From: Lama guanicoe
Lineage: Eukaryota
Length of the DNA stretch: 64,000 nucleotides
Direction: 5' to 3'
Assembly (NCBI GenBank): GCA_013239625.1
Contig: MU053881.1
Coordinates: 10,191,957-10,255,956, forward strand
Numbering within the stretch: the stretch's first letter is position 1; each line of letters starts with the position of its first letter. Positions 24,933 through 36,300 of this stretch are shown here, piece after piece. Below the pieces are notes generated by a model that worked only from the letters and a program-made list of their open reading frames with translations, made no database searches and was not told the DNA's origin. The position numbers and the translations under genes are program-made.

Positions 24933-27900
24933 TAAGTAATAACTTTATCTTTTACCAGTTTCTGGTACCTTGTTATTCTAACAAATGAATCTTGAGGGTG
25001 TAAATGTCTTTACTTACTGAGAGACAACCTTTAATTGTGGATTTCAAAGTCTCCGAAGGAGAGGTATTTTGAGGGAGGGGATTCTGAGGCATTTCATTTA
25101 TCACATCTTGGACCAAAGCCTGTTGGTAAAGCTGGACCTGAATGATATCTAACTTTAAAATAAGATAAAACTAAAACCTTACCTCCCGCGACTATGTAAA
25201 CTACCCACATGGCAGGCCTTCATGCTGAGAGAAATAATGATTCTTTAAAAAGAGACTTCAAATGGTTGTAAAATATAAGCTTCATAATTAGAAAGCTGAG
25301 AGAGAAAGCTGCCAAGCATTTCATTATGAGGACTACTGTTGTGCTCCGTCAGACCTGTGACGGGTGGCTTTAGGGGCCAGACACGGTCTCTCCATGTGAG
25401 ATTTTCAGGACACGCCACCGCCTCTAAATAGAGCACTCAACAGAGGGATGACTGCTCTCCTGCGGGTTTTCTGCACAGCACCTATGAATGCAGAACACAA
25501 CTGTTCAAAGGAAGTTTGTGGTTCTCTCCATCAGATCTGTGAGCTGCTTAAAGCTACCTGCTAAAGGTGAAAACCTACTTTCTAATGAAAAGTTTGCCTG
25601 CAAACAATGGCGGTCCAGGAGTGGTGTGCAGCACTTAGCCTGAGCACAAAGGGTCCACCCAAGACACCAGCCCCTGTCATCTCCTTTCTCCTGAGTCAGC
25701 AGGGACCAGAATGCACGGGGATCTTGTATGGGCCAGGTATCAAAGAGCTCAGATTTGTCGATGCTACTTCCTACTGGCTAGCAAGAATAGAAGCGTAGAG
25801 GGCCAGGGAAAGTACGTTAAAGCCATATTCCCTAGAGGACCTGAGAACACATCCCAGCACTGTGAATAAATTCTAAGGCACAAAGGGACCAACAAAAGTC
25901 CCTGTTGGGTAAACTTCAGACAGCAATTAGGAAAAAAAAAATATCCTGAGTCCTGCCTTCCTCTATGATTAATACGAGTTACATTAGCTTGTCGGTAATG
26001 GCAAATAAAGACAGCTACGTGGGAGAGAATATGATCTTCAGTTACACAACTGTCAATGAATTTCTTTTAATTTCATGAATGCACTATGAAACTTTTTATC
26101 ATTTCACTCTAGTTTTGACATTGCTTATATGTACATGTTTCATATGGCCTCACAGTTTCCTGTAGAACCACTGTTTTAATCAGCCAGTTGGTCTGCGTAA
26201 GTGATCGCAAGTGGGATTCTGAAATAATTTCATCATTGTTGTCTTGAAACTCTTACTATGAGGGGAAAAAAGAAACCCACATCATTTGAGGAAGAACAGC
26301 AGTTGTAATACTAAACTTAATATTCAAATAAATAAAAAAAAGGGGGGAAGCTCTCCTGGAACACATTCATTCATTGAATCATGCCTCTTCCCACTCCTCA
26401 GAAAAATCTGCTGAAAATGCATTAGGAATTTATAGCAATAAAACTCATTCCTTTGTGGTATCCGTCATTGCTGCAGATAGACTATTATGTTGTAATTTAT
26501 TGGACACAAAATCTAATCTGATGAGATAAGACTTTTGGATTTGGGGTAATGATGATTAGAATTATGAGTGTGGCCAATGTGAATGGTGTTTACAATGGCT
26601 GTTCATAAGATACCCTAGCACTGTTTAAAGCTCTCCATGTCACTGACTCCGGGGTGAGGTGTACATATCAGCCAACACTCCTCCATAACACATTTCAACA
26701 ATTCTGAATTGCAATAATATCAAGATTCCTAGGGGCTCCTATTACAAGAAAGGCTGCTAGAAATAGCAATTATTAGGGTATGTGTGTCTGTGTCTGTGCG
26801 CGTAGATGCTTTCCCCCACTGAGTTATAAAACCGTAATTCTTCGCATTAATACTGAGGTTTTAGAACCACGGTGATATATCCATTGCTAAGACACCACAC
26901 AATGGGAGTCTTATATGTGAGTAAAAAATGTTGAATAAAGATTAGCCTTGCTTTAAGCAGCATTACAAATATCTGATTCTGCATTTATTTTTCAATTGTT
27001 CATAGTTACTCTTTTATTATGTACTCTGCATGAGACTTCTATTTGACCCTGGATTGTTCATTATTACAGGAAACACAACACAAAAGCCTGCCTTTCTGGA
27101 TTGTAATATCCACCAGCAAAACCCTGGAGTTTTACAGAAATAGATACAGGTATTGATTTCTCTCCATACAGATCATAGGGAATTCATGACTTCTTGGCCA
27201 CTTTTAATTAGCATAAAACATGCTTTGTTGAGTGAAATACTGGGTCTCTGAATGTTTAAAGAGAACTTATTATAGCCATACGAGAAATATAATAATCTGG
27301 GGAGTCTAGGTAAAACTTTTTTTTCTCTAAAAAAATAATGCTCTCCAAATCTTTATGCTGAAGTTAGGTTGCACAATACTTTTCATTTTCTTCCCATGGT
27401 ATTGTATTTAGTTTTTCTGTACATTTAAACCATGTCTCCAATTGATTGAATGGTTCAAAGCAATACAATGTTATTATAAAGCTTTTGCAAGGCTGTGGTG
27501 ATGTTTTGTTCTGCACTTGTATATTACTTGTCACTGTGGAAAATGTACCAGTATAAACACTGAGGATCTCAGCAGAATAGAGAGGTTGCTTCCAAATGTG
27601 TGCCTGGCACAAAGAAAGATTTCACACTGAATTTCAAACTATAAGGTCTCATTTTGATAAGGAGGCTCCCTATTTTATGGACGCAAAACAAACCAGTACA
27701 AGTCACTTGTCACTCAAGACCACTTGTTACTTAGGGAAACCATGTATCCGTCAAGGAAGCATCATCTCCAAGAAGTTGCTAAAAATGTCCCTCTGATGCA
27801 ATTAATTAAAGTAGACCTACTTCCCTCTGGACTTATAACCTTAACTCTATTAGTAATTTACTGCAGGCCTTAAGTGACAGGTTGTCTGAGTTGAAGAGCA

Positions 27901-28611
27901 CAGAGTTTTCCAAAGGCTCGATTGTAAGATTAATTTTAGTTGGTGGTAACACTTCAAACACACAGCGTGCAAAAAGTTTCCTTTTCGAGTCTTTCAATGC
28001 TTCCTGCTACATCAAAGAGAAAAACTCTGCTGCTCTATGTCTTTAACATCTCTTTAATACTTCCCAATCTCTCTGTTTAATAATGAAAAGGCCTTGGGCT
28101 CAGAGTTTTTGACAGATAACAGGATCTAACTAGACTGAATATTATTGGTTCTTTTAATTTTTTTTTTTCTGGAGGTGGGGTATATTTAAGGTTATCTTCT
28201 ATTTATAACAACTGGTATAGGTATTTTAGAATTAAAAAAAGGTTTGTTTCTGCAGTGCATTTAAAAATTAATGTTAATTTAAGAATGCTGTTTAGACATA
28301 GAATTAGGCAGCAGGCTGTGTGATGTAGTCCATTCTGAAGGCTGAATGTGATGGAACCCAGGTATACTGCAGTCAAGAAAGCAGTACATTGGCGACGGCT
28401 CTTTGGAGAGGACACAGTGCAAGTAGAGCCACACATTTAAAGGCCAAATGAACCAACTATCTTCCTTAGATTGCAATGAAGGATGTGGACAGACACTGAT
28501 TGCCTTTTGTGAGTTTCTAGAGAGGCCAGCTGAAGCCAACCCAGAAAACGTGGTCACACGCACAAATGGGAAGAGGGTTTGCCTACACCAGAGAAACCGG
28601 GTTCTGCAGAG

Positions 28612-28756
28612 GAGTGCTCTGAAAATTCAGCGTGCTCCTCAACCTCCTGTGATCTTGTTGATTAATATGCAACATTCGATTTAGTAGATCTGGGATGAGG
28701 CCTGAAATTCTGTATTTCTCAGGAGAGGTCCCATGGCTGGTCCAGAATAGCAAGGA
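28612..28756. mobile_element. MER5-family MITE
   Basis: gatttagtagatctgggatgaggcctgaaattctgtatttctcagg. Confidence 0.7.
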
Positions 28757-29679
28757 ACACAGAAAGTTAAAGAATGGATTACTGGCAATTCTCATTAAGA
28801 AGCTGTGGAGAGAGGATCCTTGGATGTAGCGCATTGGAGACAGGCCTGCAAGAGTAATCTAAATTGGTTACTCTTACCTGGATTTTGTGGGCTGGACCTC
28901 TGTATTATAATTCAATGGAAGGGTGTTACAACATTGTAAGGGAAGAGCCCCAAAGAAATAGGCTGCTTAGACAGGAGGCAGAGCAGGGGTGAGTGTCATG
29001 AAGATGTACATTCATATGGAAATGTCCAGACCTGAGGGTAGGAGCATATGGGTTAGGACGGAAGAGCACAGAAGTGTGATCGTTACGAGAGTACCCTGGG
29101 ACACATGGAGGAAATGGATGGTGTGTTACTAACACAGACTGTAAGATCCGTGCAGAGAAAAGACAGAGTAGTGATGGGGATTTCAGCTCTCCAGACATCT
29201 GCTGGAAGTCTCATTTGGTTCACAGCAGAACGCCTAACAGGTCCTTGACTTGCTTTGCTAACAGCTTCTTCTCCCTGGAGGACAACGTTTCCCAGGGGAA
29301 CTATCATCCTGTACTCATTTTTGGCCAACCAGAAGAGTCAGTTGGCATTTCAACAGTGCTGAGTAATTTAGGTGGGAGCCATCGTATCATTTCAGAGTTT
29401 AGGATAGGCTGGCAGGGAGAAGATAGTCCCATGTATTATAATGCATTCAGCTGAATTCCAAACAGTTTAGAGACGACTTGACATGAGATCTTTGGGAGGG
29501 AAATTTACATCAGCTCTCGAAAATTCAGTTTTCGTTGCGTAACACAATACGATCTGAAGGAGAACAGAAAGTAAGGGGCACCTGGAAATCACTGTGGGTA
29601 CTTAGAAAACGGTTTGGTGGCCAAAGAGACGTCCAGTGTCCACGGAGCCAATGCATTCTGCATTGCTGGAGATAATCTC

Positions 29680-29693
29680 TCAGTAGAGGGCAC
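29680..29693 (+). promoter_or_regulatory. Candidate CTCF binding motif
   Basis: TCAGTAGAGGGCAC matches 13 of 14 positions of CCASYAGRKGGCRS. Confidence 0.45.
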
Positions 29694-29831
29694 TGGAAAC
29701 AGCAGCAGGGTTGGATGACCTGATTTGCCATCTCTGCTCTGGCTGCCCTGAACTTGTTTTGTACCTGGAAAGTACCATTCTCCCTCTCACCCCCGGCACC
29801 TCCTGCATGCTGTCTCTGAGAATGCCCCACC

Positions 29832-29912
29832 TTGTTTGTTGGTTGGTTTTCTTTGAAGGTACTGGGGATTGAATTCAGGACCTTGTACATGCTAAGCATG
29901 AGCTCTATCCAC
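29832..29912 (-). mobile_element. tRNA-derived SINE, camelid Vic-1-like
   Basis: Minus strand reads tagagctcatgcttagcatgtacaaggtcctgaattcaatccccagtaccttc plus an A-rich tail: a tRNA-like body with a B-box-like segment. Confidence 0.75.
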
Positions 29913-29914
29913 CC

Positions 29915-30203
29915 ACTCCTCCTTGCCCCCTTGCAATTTGCTGAATAGCTAATTTCAGCTCATCATTTGGTGCCAGCTTAATTATATGGTAGATGTTTCA
30001 GACAGGTTAGATTCCACTCCCGCTCCCAAACAGCCCACATTTCTACATTATTCAAATCATTTTATTTTGTGTCTCCATCTTTTCCAACAATTGCTAGTTA
30101 GGCTCAAGGATCTTGTCGGGTTTTTTTTTACTGTATCCCCAGCGTTTAACTAAGGCTTGCCATATACTAGGATCTTGTAAGTATTTATGCTATGAATGAA
30201 TGA
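29915..30203 (+). mobile_element. L2 3' part (the SINE sits within or next to it)
   Basis: Ends ctgtatccccagcgtttaactaaggcttgccatatactagg...tgaatgaatga. Confidence 0.65.
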
Positions 30204-30959
30204 GGTAAACTCTGTATTATTTCCAACGCCTGAAGATCAAGGGCTCTAACTTCCGAGTGTTCCCATCCTCTTGGGTTTTAGCAGTGTTTCTTGTACATCT
30301 TTATTTGCTGAATTGACTTGACTCCCTTCCTTCTGCCCCATCCGCCCCCACTTCTCACTCCTTCTGCTTGTGTCCTCAGAGGGAAATGAAGAAGACACAT
30401 GAACGTTTCGGTTCATTCCTCGACTCTTCCTTTCATTAAGCACATGAGACCATTAAATAAAATATAACCAGAATCAAGTAAAAAGGCGTAATCATGTCGC
30501 TAGGGATGAACATTTGGAAGAGCAGAGATGGAACAGGAACCCAAAGCGCTACCTGAGATGGATTCCTCCCAGTGCTTCCTGGGCCCTCAGAACAGAAAGA
30601 AATAGGTACATGGTGAGGTAATGGGAGTTAAAATGGTCCCATATCTCATGGAGACTGGATCCTGGGTTCATTTTTTTACAACTACAGGGTGGAGCATCCT
30701 TCCTCTGCCTGGGAAACAGAATGTAACTGAGTGATTCCTGCAGTTAAAGTGTCTATGAAGCTAAATGAAAGGGTAAAAACAGGTCTAGTCTCTCAGTCAA
30801 GCCTGGGCCAGGCTGCCCATCAGTTTGGTGACTGGATCTGAACCCCACAAGACAGGAATCCTGAGCTGCAGCTATACGACCATGAGAACTTGGTTTTGGA
30901 CCAGGAGTCCCAAGGGGCCTCTTCAAGGGTTGAATATTGTGAAGAGGTTTCCATTGAAG

Positions 30960-31270
30960 ATGAAACTTGCAGCTGAAATTTCAAAACTGGCTGGGAAAAG
31001 TTACCACATGCAGGATCACAAAATTGACAAGCAGGTGATTAACTCACTCCAATATATAAGGAAATGATGAAACACCCCCCCCAAAAATGACTTTATATTG
31101 AATATGTTTAGGATCTTCCAAGATAAATGAAGAAATTAAGCCCAAAATATGGAACAGAAATTATCAAAAAAAATTTCATGCAAATAAGAAATAAAAACAG
31201 GTGGGGATTTTAAAAAGAACCAGGTAGTATTATGGAAATGAAAAATGTAGTCACTGATTTAAAAGAAACC
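30960..31270 (+). mobile_element. Old L1/HAL1 ORF1-region remnant
   Basis: A-rich; ttttaaaaagaaccaggtagtattatggaaatgaaaaatgtagtcactgatttaaaa is typical of the ORF1 coiled-coil region. Confidence 0.55.
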
Positions 31271-31279
31271 CGAAAACAT

Positions 31280-31810
31280 CTATCTAGTAGGGGAGCTGGA
31301 ACAACAAACAGGTAATAATAGAATTACAAGGTGAATGCAGTAATGATGATAAGCAAATGGCACCACAAAGGTCTTAACCCTGTTGGCCCTGATTCTTGGA
31401 GCAAAAAGAAATCAGAGAAAGGGGAGGAGGGTGAACAGTGCTGAAGGAAGAACAGAAGTTAGCAGAGAAACAAATGGTGTCCATCAGAGATGGAATAAGA
31501 AAGGCAAGAAACAGCATATAGAGGAACTACAAGCAGTTCAGTGCTACTGGAGCAAAAAGTGTGAGTAGAGGGGATAACAAATGGGACTGGAAAGGTTGAT
31601 GCTATGTTTGGAAGCCCAGATTTTATCTTGTGGTGGACAGGGCAAGTCATTGGAGGGTTTAAATGCAAGGTTCAATGTGGTCAGATTTATTTTTGAGGTG
31701 GGTTGCTTTTAATGGCTGGGTGAAGGAAAAATCAGAAGATTGGTAAGATACGGGTCAGAGAAATTAGACAGAAGACCGCTTTAATAGCCTAGTTTAGAAA
31801 TGATGATGAG
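31280..31810 (-). mobile_element. L2 fragment
   Basis: gattttatcttgtggtggacagggcaagtcattggagggtttaaatgcaagg...gtggtcagattt. Confidence 0.7.
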
Positions 31811-33429
31811 AACAGCTTTTTCCTCTTTATTTTTGTGCTCCCAGCACTTCAGTTCAGAACCTGGCACCCAGTAGGTGTCTCAATCATGTCTGAAGAAGTG
31901 ATTCTGTATAGCTTCAAGTCAGATAATTTCCAAAGCTGATACAGATGAAGTCATCATTCATCAGAGATCTCTAGCCAGAAGCAGTGTTTCTACAGATGGA
32001 TCAGCAGGAATCCTGATCGACGTAAGCCCCTTGCATGGGTTTCAGAAAGGCAGCTAGATGGTATCGTGCTCTAAATGATTCATTTTAATCGCATAGTCCT
32101 AGAGATAAACTGGCCATTGGCTAAGGCTTGGAATGATATTTGTCATGACAGGAGTTGAGCTGGGTCCAGATTTTCTGTGTGATTGGACAAATCCTATGCC
32201 AAAGGATTAGAGGCGCATTTCATTCTTGCTATAGCACTAGTTTGAGGAAATTAGTGGGAGGAAAACACATTTCATTAAGAGCGTGGGAAAAAAAACCCAC
32301 AGAAAGATAAATATGGACAGTGATACAGACACCCTGCATGTACAGCACACATCCTTGCCTTCACATTACGCAGTCTTCCTGCACCTAACTGTCGGCACAC
32401 AGCAAATGCAAAATATTAGCAATAATAATTACACTCTGCATATGCTTAACGTCTATCAATAAGGCTATGGCTCTTAAATTCCCTTAAGCTTCTTTCCATT
32501 AGAAGCAGTAAATTAAATATATATATTCAAACAAATTAAATGCTGCTAACAGCTTTTCTAATTTGTAAACACTTGCATAAACATGAGCTTTATCAAATGC
32601 TTAATTAATCTGAAATGCCAACTTAAAAAGCGAAGTAGCGAACAATAAGCATATCACCACCTTACGGTGTTACTCCATCTGGGTCCTTTTACGCAAAGTT
32701 TAAAGATACGGTTTCTGTGTAAACTGGCTGAAGTTGTGAGAAATCAATCAGCTCTTAGGGATTAAGAGTAGTCTGCAGCTGACCAAGGTTGGTTAGCTTT
32801 CTGAATACACTATTTAATGGAAAAGAGAATCTCATAGGCTTTTAATAAGCAAGTAGCTTTCAAGTCAATGAAAGCGAGGTCTGGATTTTATGCATTTGAG
32901 TTTTCACTTACTGCAATACAGTCAACTGTTGAGCTATAATTTAAGGAGAAAACATAATTAATTTGCAAGACTCTAAATGTAACTTTTTAAACTTAAGAGT
33001 TTATAGTAGTCCTTGTTTTTTATCTATTAGCAAAGATTCCATTTTAACATTTTTCTATAATTGCTGCTTTTTAGAGAGTTTTGATATAGATACTGTGTAT
33101 GATACATAAAAGGTGGGAGTTGCTGCCTTTGGCAAATTCATCTTTTATTTCTTCTCATTGTACCTATTAAGCATTCAAAAACACTTAACATAACTGCTAT
33201 GCAAATGAACCACCGTGAAAATATGAGAGTTATCATCAAGAGAGGAAAAAGGGCAATGTCTCCTGTGGAATTTTTGTTTGGTAAATGGAAGTTGTAAATG
33301 ATTGAAAAGCCCCTAATGCCTATGAGAACCTTCAACTTCATTACCCAGATCATGAAGAAATCCCTAAAATAGTATTAGCCTAAGGATCATACAATTTTAA
33401 AGCAAGACACGACCTTAGAAATAAATACT

Positions 33430-33560
33430 CAAAACCCACCCATTTTACAGAATGTGAAACTGAGCCCCAGAGATAATTACTCAGATCCAGTGATACAGGC
33501 ATGAAAGGTGATCAAGAAATCTCCTGTGTCCTCACTGCAAAGCCACTGATGGCTCTTTTA
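33430..33560 (-). mobile_element. MIR
   Basis: cccattttacagaatgtgaaactgagccccagaga. Confidence 0.65.
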
Positions 33561-33564
33561 CAAT

Positions 33565-34590
33565 ACACTGTGGGCTATGCGGCTCTACCATCCCTTAAAA
33601 CGTGCTTCTATCCTGAGACATTGATAACCATCCTTCTGGGGCTGTGTTTTGGCATTTATGCTTCTACCTAATAGTAGTACGGCATCGCCCAGTCTTTCTA
33701 GCCCACTGATGGGAACGCTATGTAGGACACCATCAGAAGCCTCAGTGAAATTGAGGTAGATTACATCTATCACTTCCCCTTTATCTCTTGGCCTGCCACT
33801 CTGTCATAGAAGGAAATTAAGTTGGTCTGGTATGATTCACTCTTCACAAAACCTTGTTTGCTACTCAGAACTCTGTCCCTCTCCAGAGGATTGTAATGCA
33901 ATTTTTTGGGGGGATAATTTTTTCTAGTATCTTCTTGAAGGTTATCGCTAAGCTGACCAAAGTGTAGTTAGCTGGGTAGTGCCTTTCCAAACACCTGTGT
34001 TTTTAAGGCAAGGTTTAAATGTGCTCTTTCCTTTGGAGCCTCTCTTTGTCTTTTAAAAGTTCTAGCAATTAATAATAGAGTATCCTGCAAAATCTTGTAC
34101 CAGTCTCTGAGTATGCAGAATGTGTATTACCAGACACTGCTGATCTGAAATAGGCAATGATTTGTAAAGTATCTTCAAATATTTTCTGCCTTTTCATCCT
34201 TCAGTTTCTTCCTTTTTCTCTCATCTTGACTTTCCAGGCAGCACTCCTTCTGATTTTCTGGCCAAGATAAACTCTTTTCTTAAAGACAGAAGTCAAAATC
34301 CAAAACAAAATCATGAAATCTCTTGTTTTTTTTTTCTCCTCATTTGTCATCGGATTTCTCTCCCTTCCTAACAGTGCTTGACATTTTGCTTGATTCTGTT
34401 TTGCTTTGTAGAACTGCGAAATCCTTCTTTGTTATTGCTTCTACATTAAAAAAAAAATTTACTCCTCATTGTGGAGAGTCTCACCTCCCATTACTAAAGA
34501 ACAAACAGTCTGAGCATTGCTACTCTTTCTCCCGTGGCAGCTATTTGGTTACGATGCTGACCATTTTGCTCTACAGGCACCGGGGTGGTA
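33565..34590 (-). mobile_element. CR1/L3 LINE fossil, ORF2 (tether/reverse transcriptase) region
   Basis: Minus-strand peptides appear in the expected order: FRSAVSGNTHS (cf. KSPGPDGIHP), PANYTLVSLAITFKKILEKII (33975-33913; cf. PGNYRPVSLTSVPGKIMEQII), KQGFVKSESYQTNLISFYDRV (cf. QHGFVKGRSCLTNLISFYD), DVIYLNFTEASDGVLH (cf. DVIYLDFSKAFDTVPH). Frameshifts and stops lie between the blocks. Confidence 0.85.
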
Positions 34591-34596
34591 CCAAGA

Positions 34597-34975
34597 CTTC
34601 ATTCACTCATTCATTTTTTTCAGCAGTCATCACTGAGCACATCCTGGCACGTGCCAGGCACAGACGTAGGTGCAGTGGGTACTGTTGTGAAATGGACAAG
34701 GCTCCTGCCTTCATGGAGTTTATCTTCTGGTGAAAAATACAGGCAAATGTATGTGATAAACAGCACGATTTCACTTAGTTGTAATCACTATGAAATAACT
34801 CAGAGTAACACTAGTGGGTGGAGGTGGAGTGTATGTGATCAAATGCATCTGAGCGGCAACTCCCCTGATAGGAAGCAGCTGGCTGTCTGAAGATGATATA
34901 AGAACATATCAAGCAAGAGAAAGCAGCGTGCGCAAAGCCTCGAAGAGGATGAGGACGGATGTGTTGTGGGACTTT
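34597..34975 (-). mobile_element. L2 3' end
   Basis: ttcattcactcattca...ctgagcac...gtgccaggcac...cctgccttcatggagtttatcttctgg. Confidence 0.8.
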
Positions 34976-35378
34976 GGTTCAGAGTTCAACTTGCCTTTAC
35001 AAAAACGAAATAGTCCCCATCTTTATAGCCATTTCAGAGTATCCTTATTGGACTCCCTCTGAGTGGACCACCTGTCTTCTGGGTGTGCCCGGTCTCAGGC
35101 ACATCCAACCTGGGAACTTCTCTGTGGTACCCCAGTGAGAAGTGTTGACTCACTCCCACTCAAGGCCAGTAGCAGTTGGCAGAGGGAGTCGTTCGGGAAA
35201 TGTGGTGCTTCCTTCTGCCTTCTTCTTTTTTGTAACCTCAGAAAAATCCCCTCACAAAATACAATCCACAGATTTAACATAATGAGAGGGGTATCTCTAG
35301 ATGAGTTGGGCTGTGTAGCTCAGGGATTCTCAAACTCTCTCTTTTTTTTTTTTTCTTTTTTACTTCTTTCAGTTAGAA

Positions 35379-35470
35379 AAGTGTTTCTCAACCTCAGCAC
35401 ATTGACAGTCTGGGTGGGATGGTTGTTTTTTTGGGGGGGTGTTATCCTTACCTTGTAGGATGTTTAGGAG
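35379..35470 (+). mobile_element. MER20 (hAT-Charlie), left part
   Basis: agtgtttctcaacctcagcacattgaca...ttgtaggatgtttag. Confidence 0.85.
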
Positions 35471-36158
35471 TGAAGAAAGAAAGAAAATGAAAGAAAGAAT
35501 GAAAGGAAAGGAGGAAGGAAGGAAGGATGGAAGGAAGGAAGGAAGGAAGGAAGGAAGGAAGGAAGGAAGGAAGGAAGGAAGGAAGGAAGGAAGGAAGGAA
35601 GGAAGGAAGGAAGGAAGGAAGGAAGGAAAGGAAAGGAAAGGAAAGGAAAGGAAGGAATGGAGCGAAAGAAGGAAGGAAGAAAGGAAGGAAGGGAAGGGGA
35701 GGAAGGGAAGGAGGGAAGGAATGGAGCGAAAGAGGGAAGAAAGAAAGGAAGAAGGAACCAGCAACCCTGGACATTTGGAACCTAGCCTGACACTTAGAGC
35801 TAGACCATGTTATTCTTACATTAGATACAAAATTCTTACAGAATACCAACCTCAGACCAGGTTATTCTGAGACCATGATAAAGTGAGACAAAGTTAGGCC
35901 ATTCCTAATTTGGTCCAAGCACAGACAAAAACAAGGTCATGCTACCATCTACAAATACCAAACTCCGCGCTCTTGGCCAAAGTGAATGACTGCTACTTCT
36001 TCAGCAGCTGCAGACTTATCCTCCTGTAGTCTCCTCTCCATCTAGATGAGAGTTATTGAGATAACGGATTATAGAATTGCCCTTGCCTTCTGGCAGCATC
36101 CATCAGAGTAAATCACTAAGGTGAGCTCCCCATGGTCCTTAGCAATAGGGCGCTGACA
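35471..36158 (+). mobile_element. ERV1-type solo LTR (MER67/MER31-like) inserted in MER20
   Basis: TG...CA ends. Body ccagcaaccctgg...cttacagaataccaacctcagaccagg...ctgagaccatgat...gactgctacttc...tatagaattgcccttgccttctggcagcatcca. Confidence 0.7.
35473..35757 (+). repeat. Purine microsatellite including perfect (GGAA)25 at 35529-35628
   Basis: Read directly from the sequence. Confidence 0.97.
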
Positions 36159-36300
36159 GTGCATCCCTGCCCTCTATGCACTAGATGCCAGTAGCAACAC
36201 CCCCGCCCCCAAGTTGTGACAACCATGCACATGTCTCCAGACATTGCCAATTGTTGGATTGGGGTGGGGGTGCAAAATCTCTTCTGGTTAAGAACCACTC
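36159..36300 (+). mobile_element. MER20, right part
   Basis: gcatccctgccctctatgcactagatgccagtagc...ttgtgacaacc...tgtctccagacattgccaa...gttaagaaccact. Confidence 0.88.

Noticed and set aside
28165..28207. Possible second camelid SINE tail fragment
   Set aside because: Too short, with no tRNA-like body
28850..28876. Hairpin aagagtaatc-N6-ggttactctt
   Set aside because: Short AT-rich stem within chance expectation for 64 kb
33585..33773. 62-aa ORF with a reverse transcriptase motif as a possible domesticated RT or retron-like gene
   Set aside because: Frameshifts and stops separate the motifs, DFSKAFD is degraded and I saw no YADD; it is a CR1 fossil
35369..35870. Long ORFs (87-143 aa) on both strands
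   Set aside because: They are translations of the (GGAA)n microsatellite (EGRK/PSFL repeats), not genes
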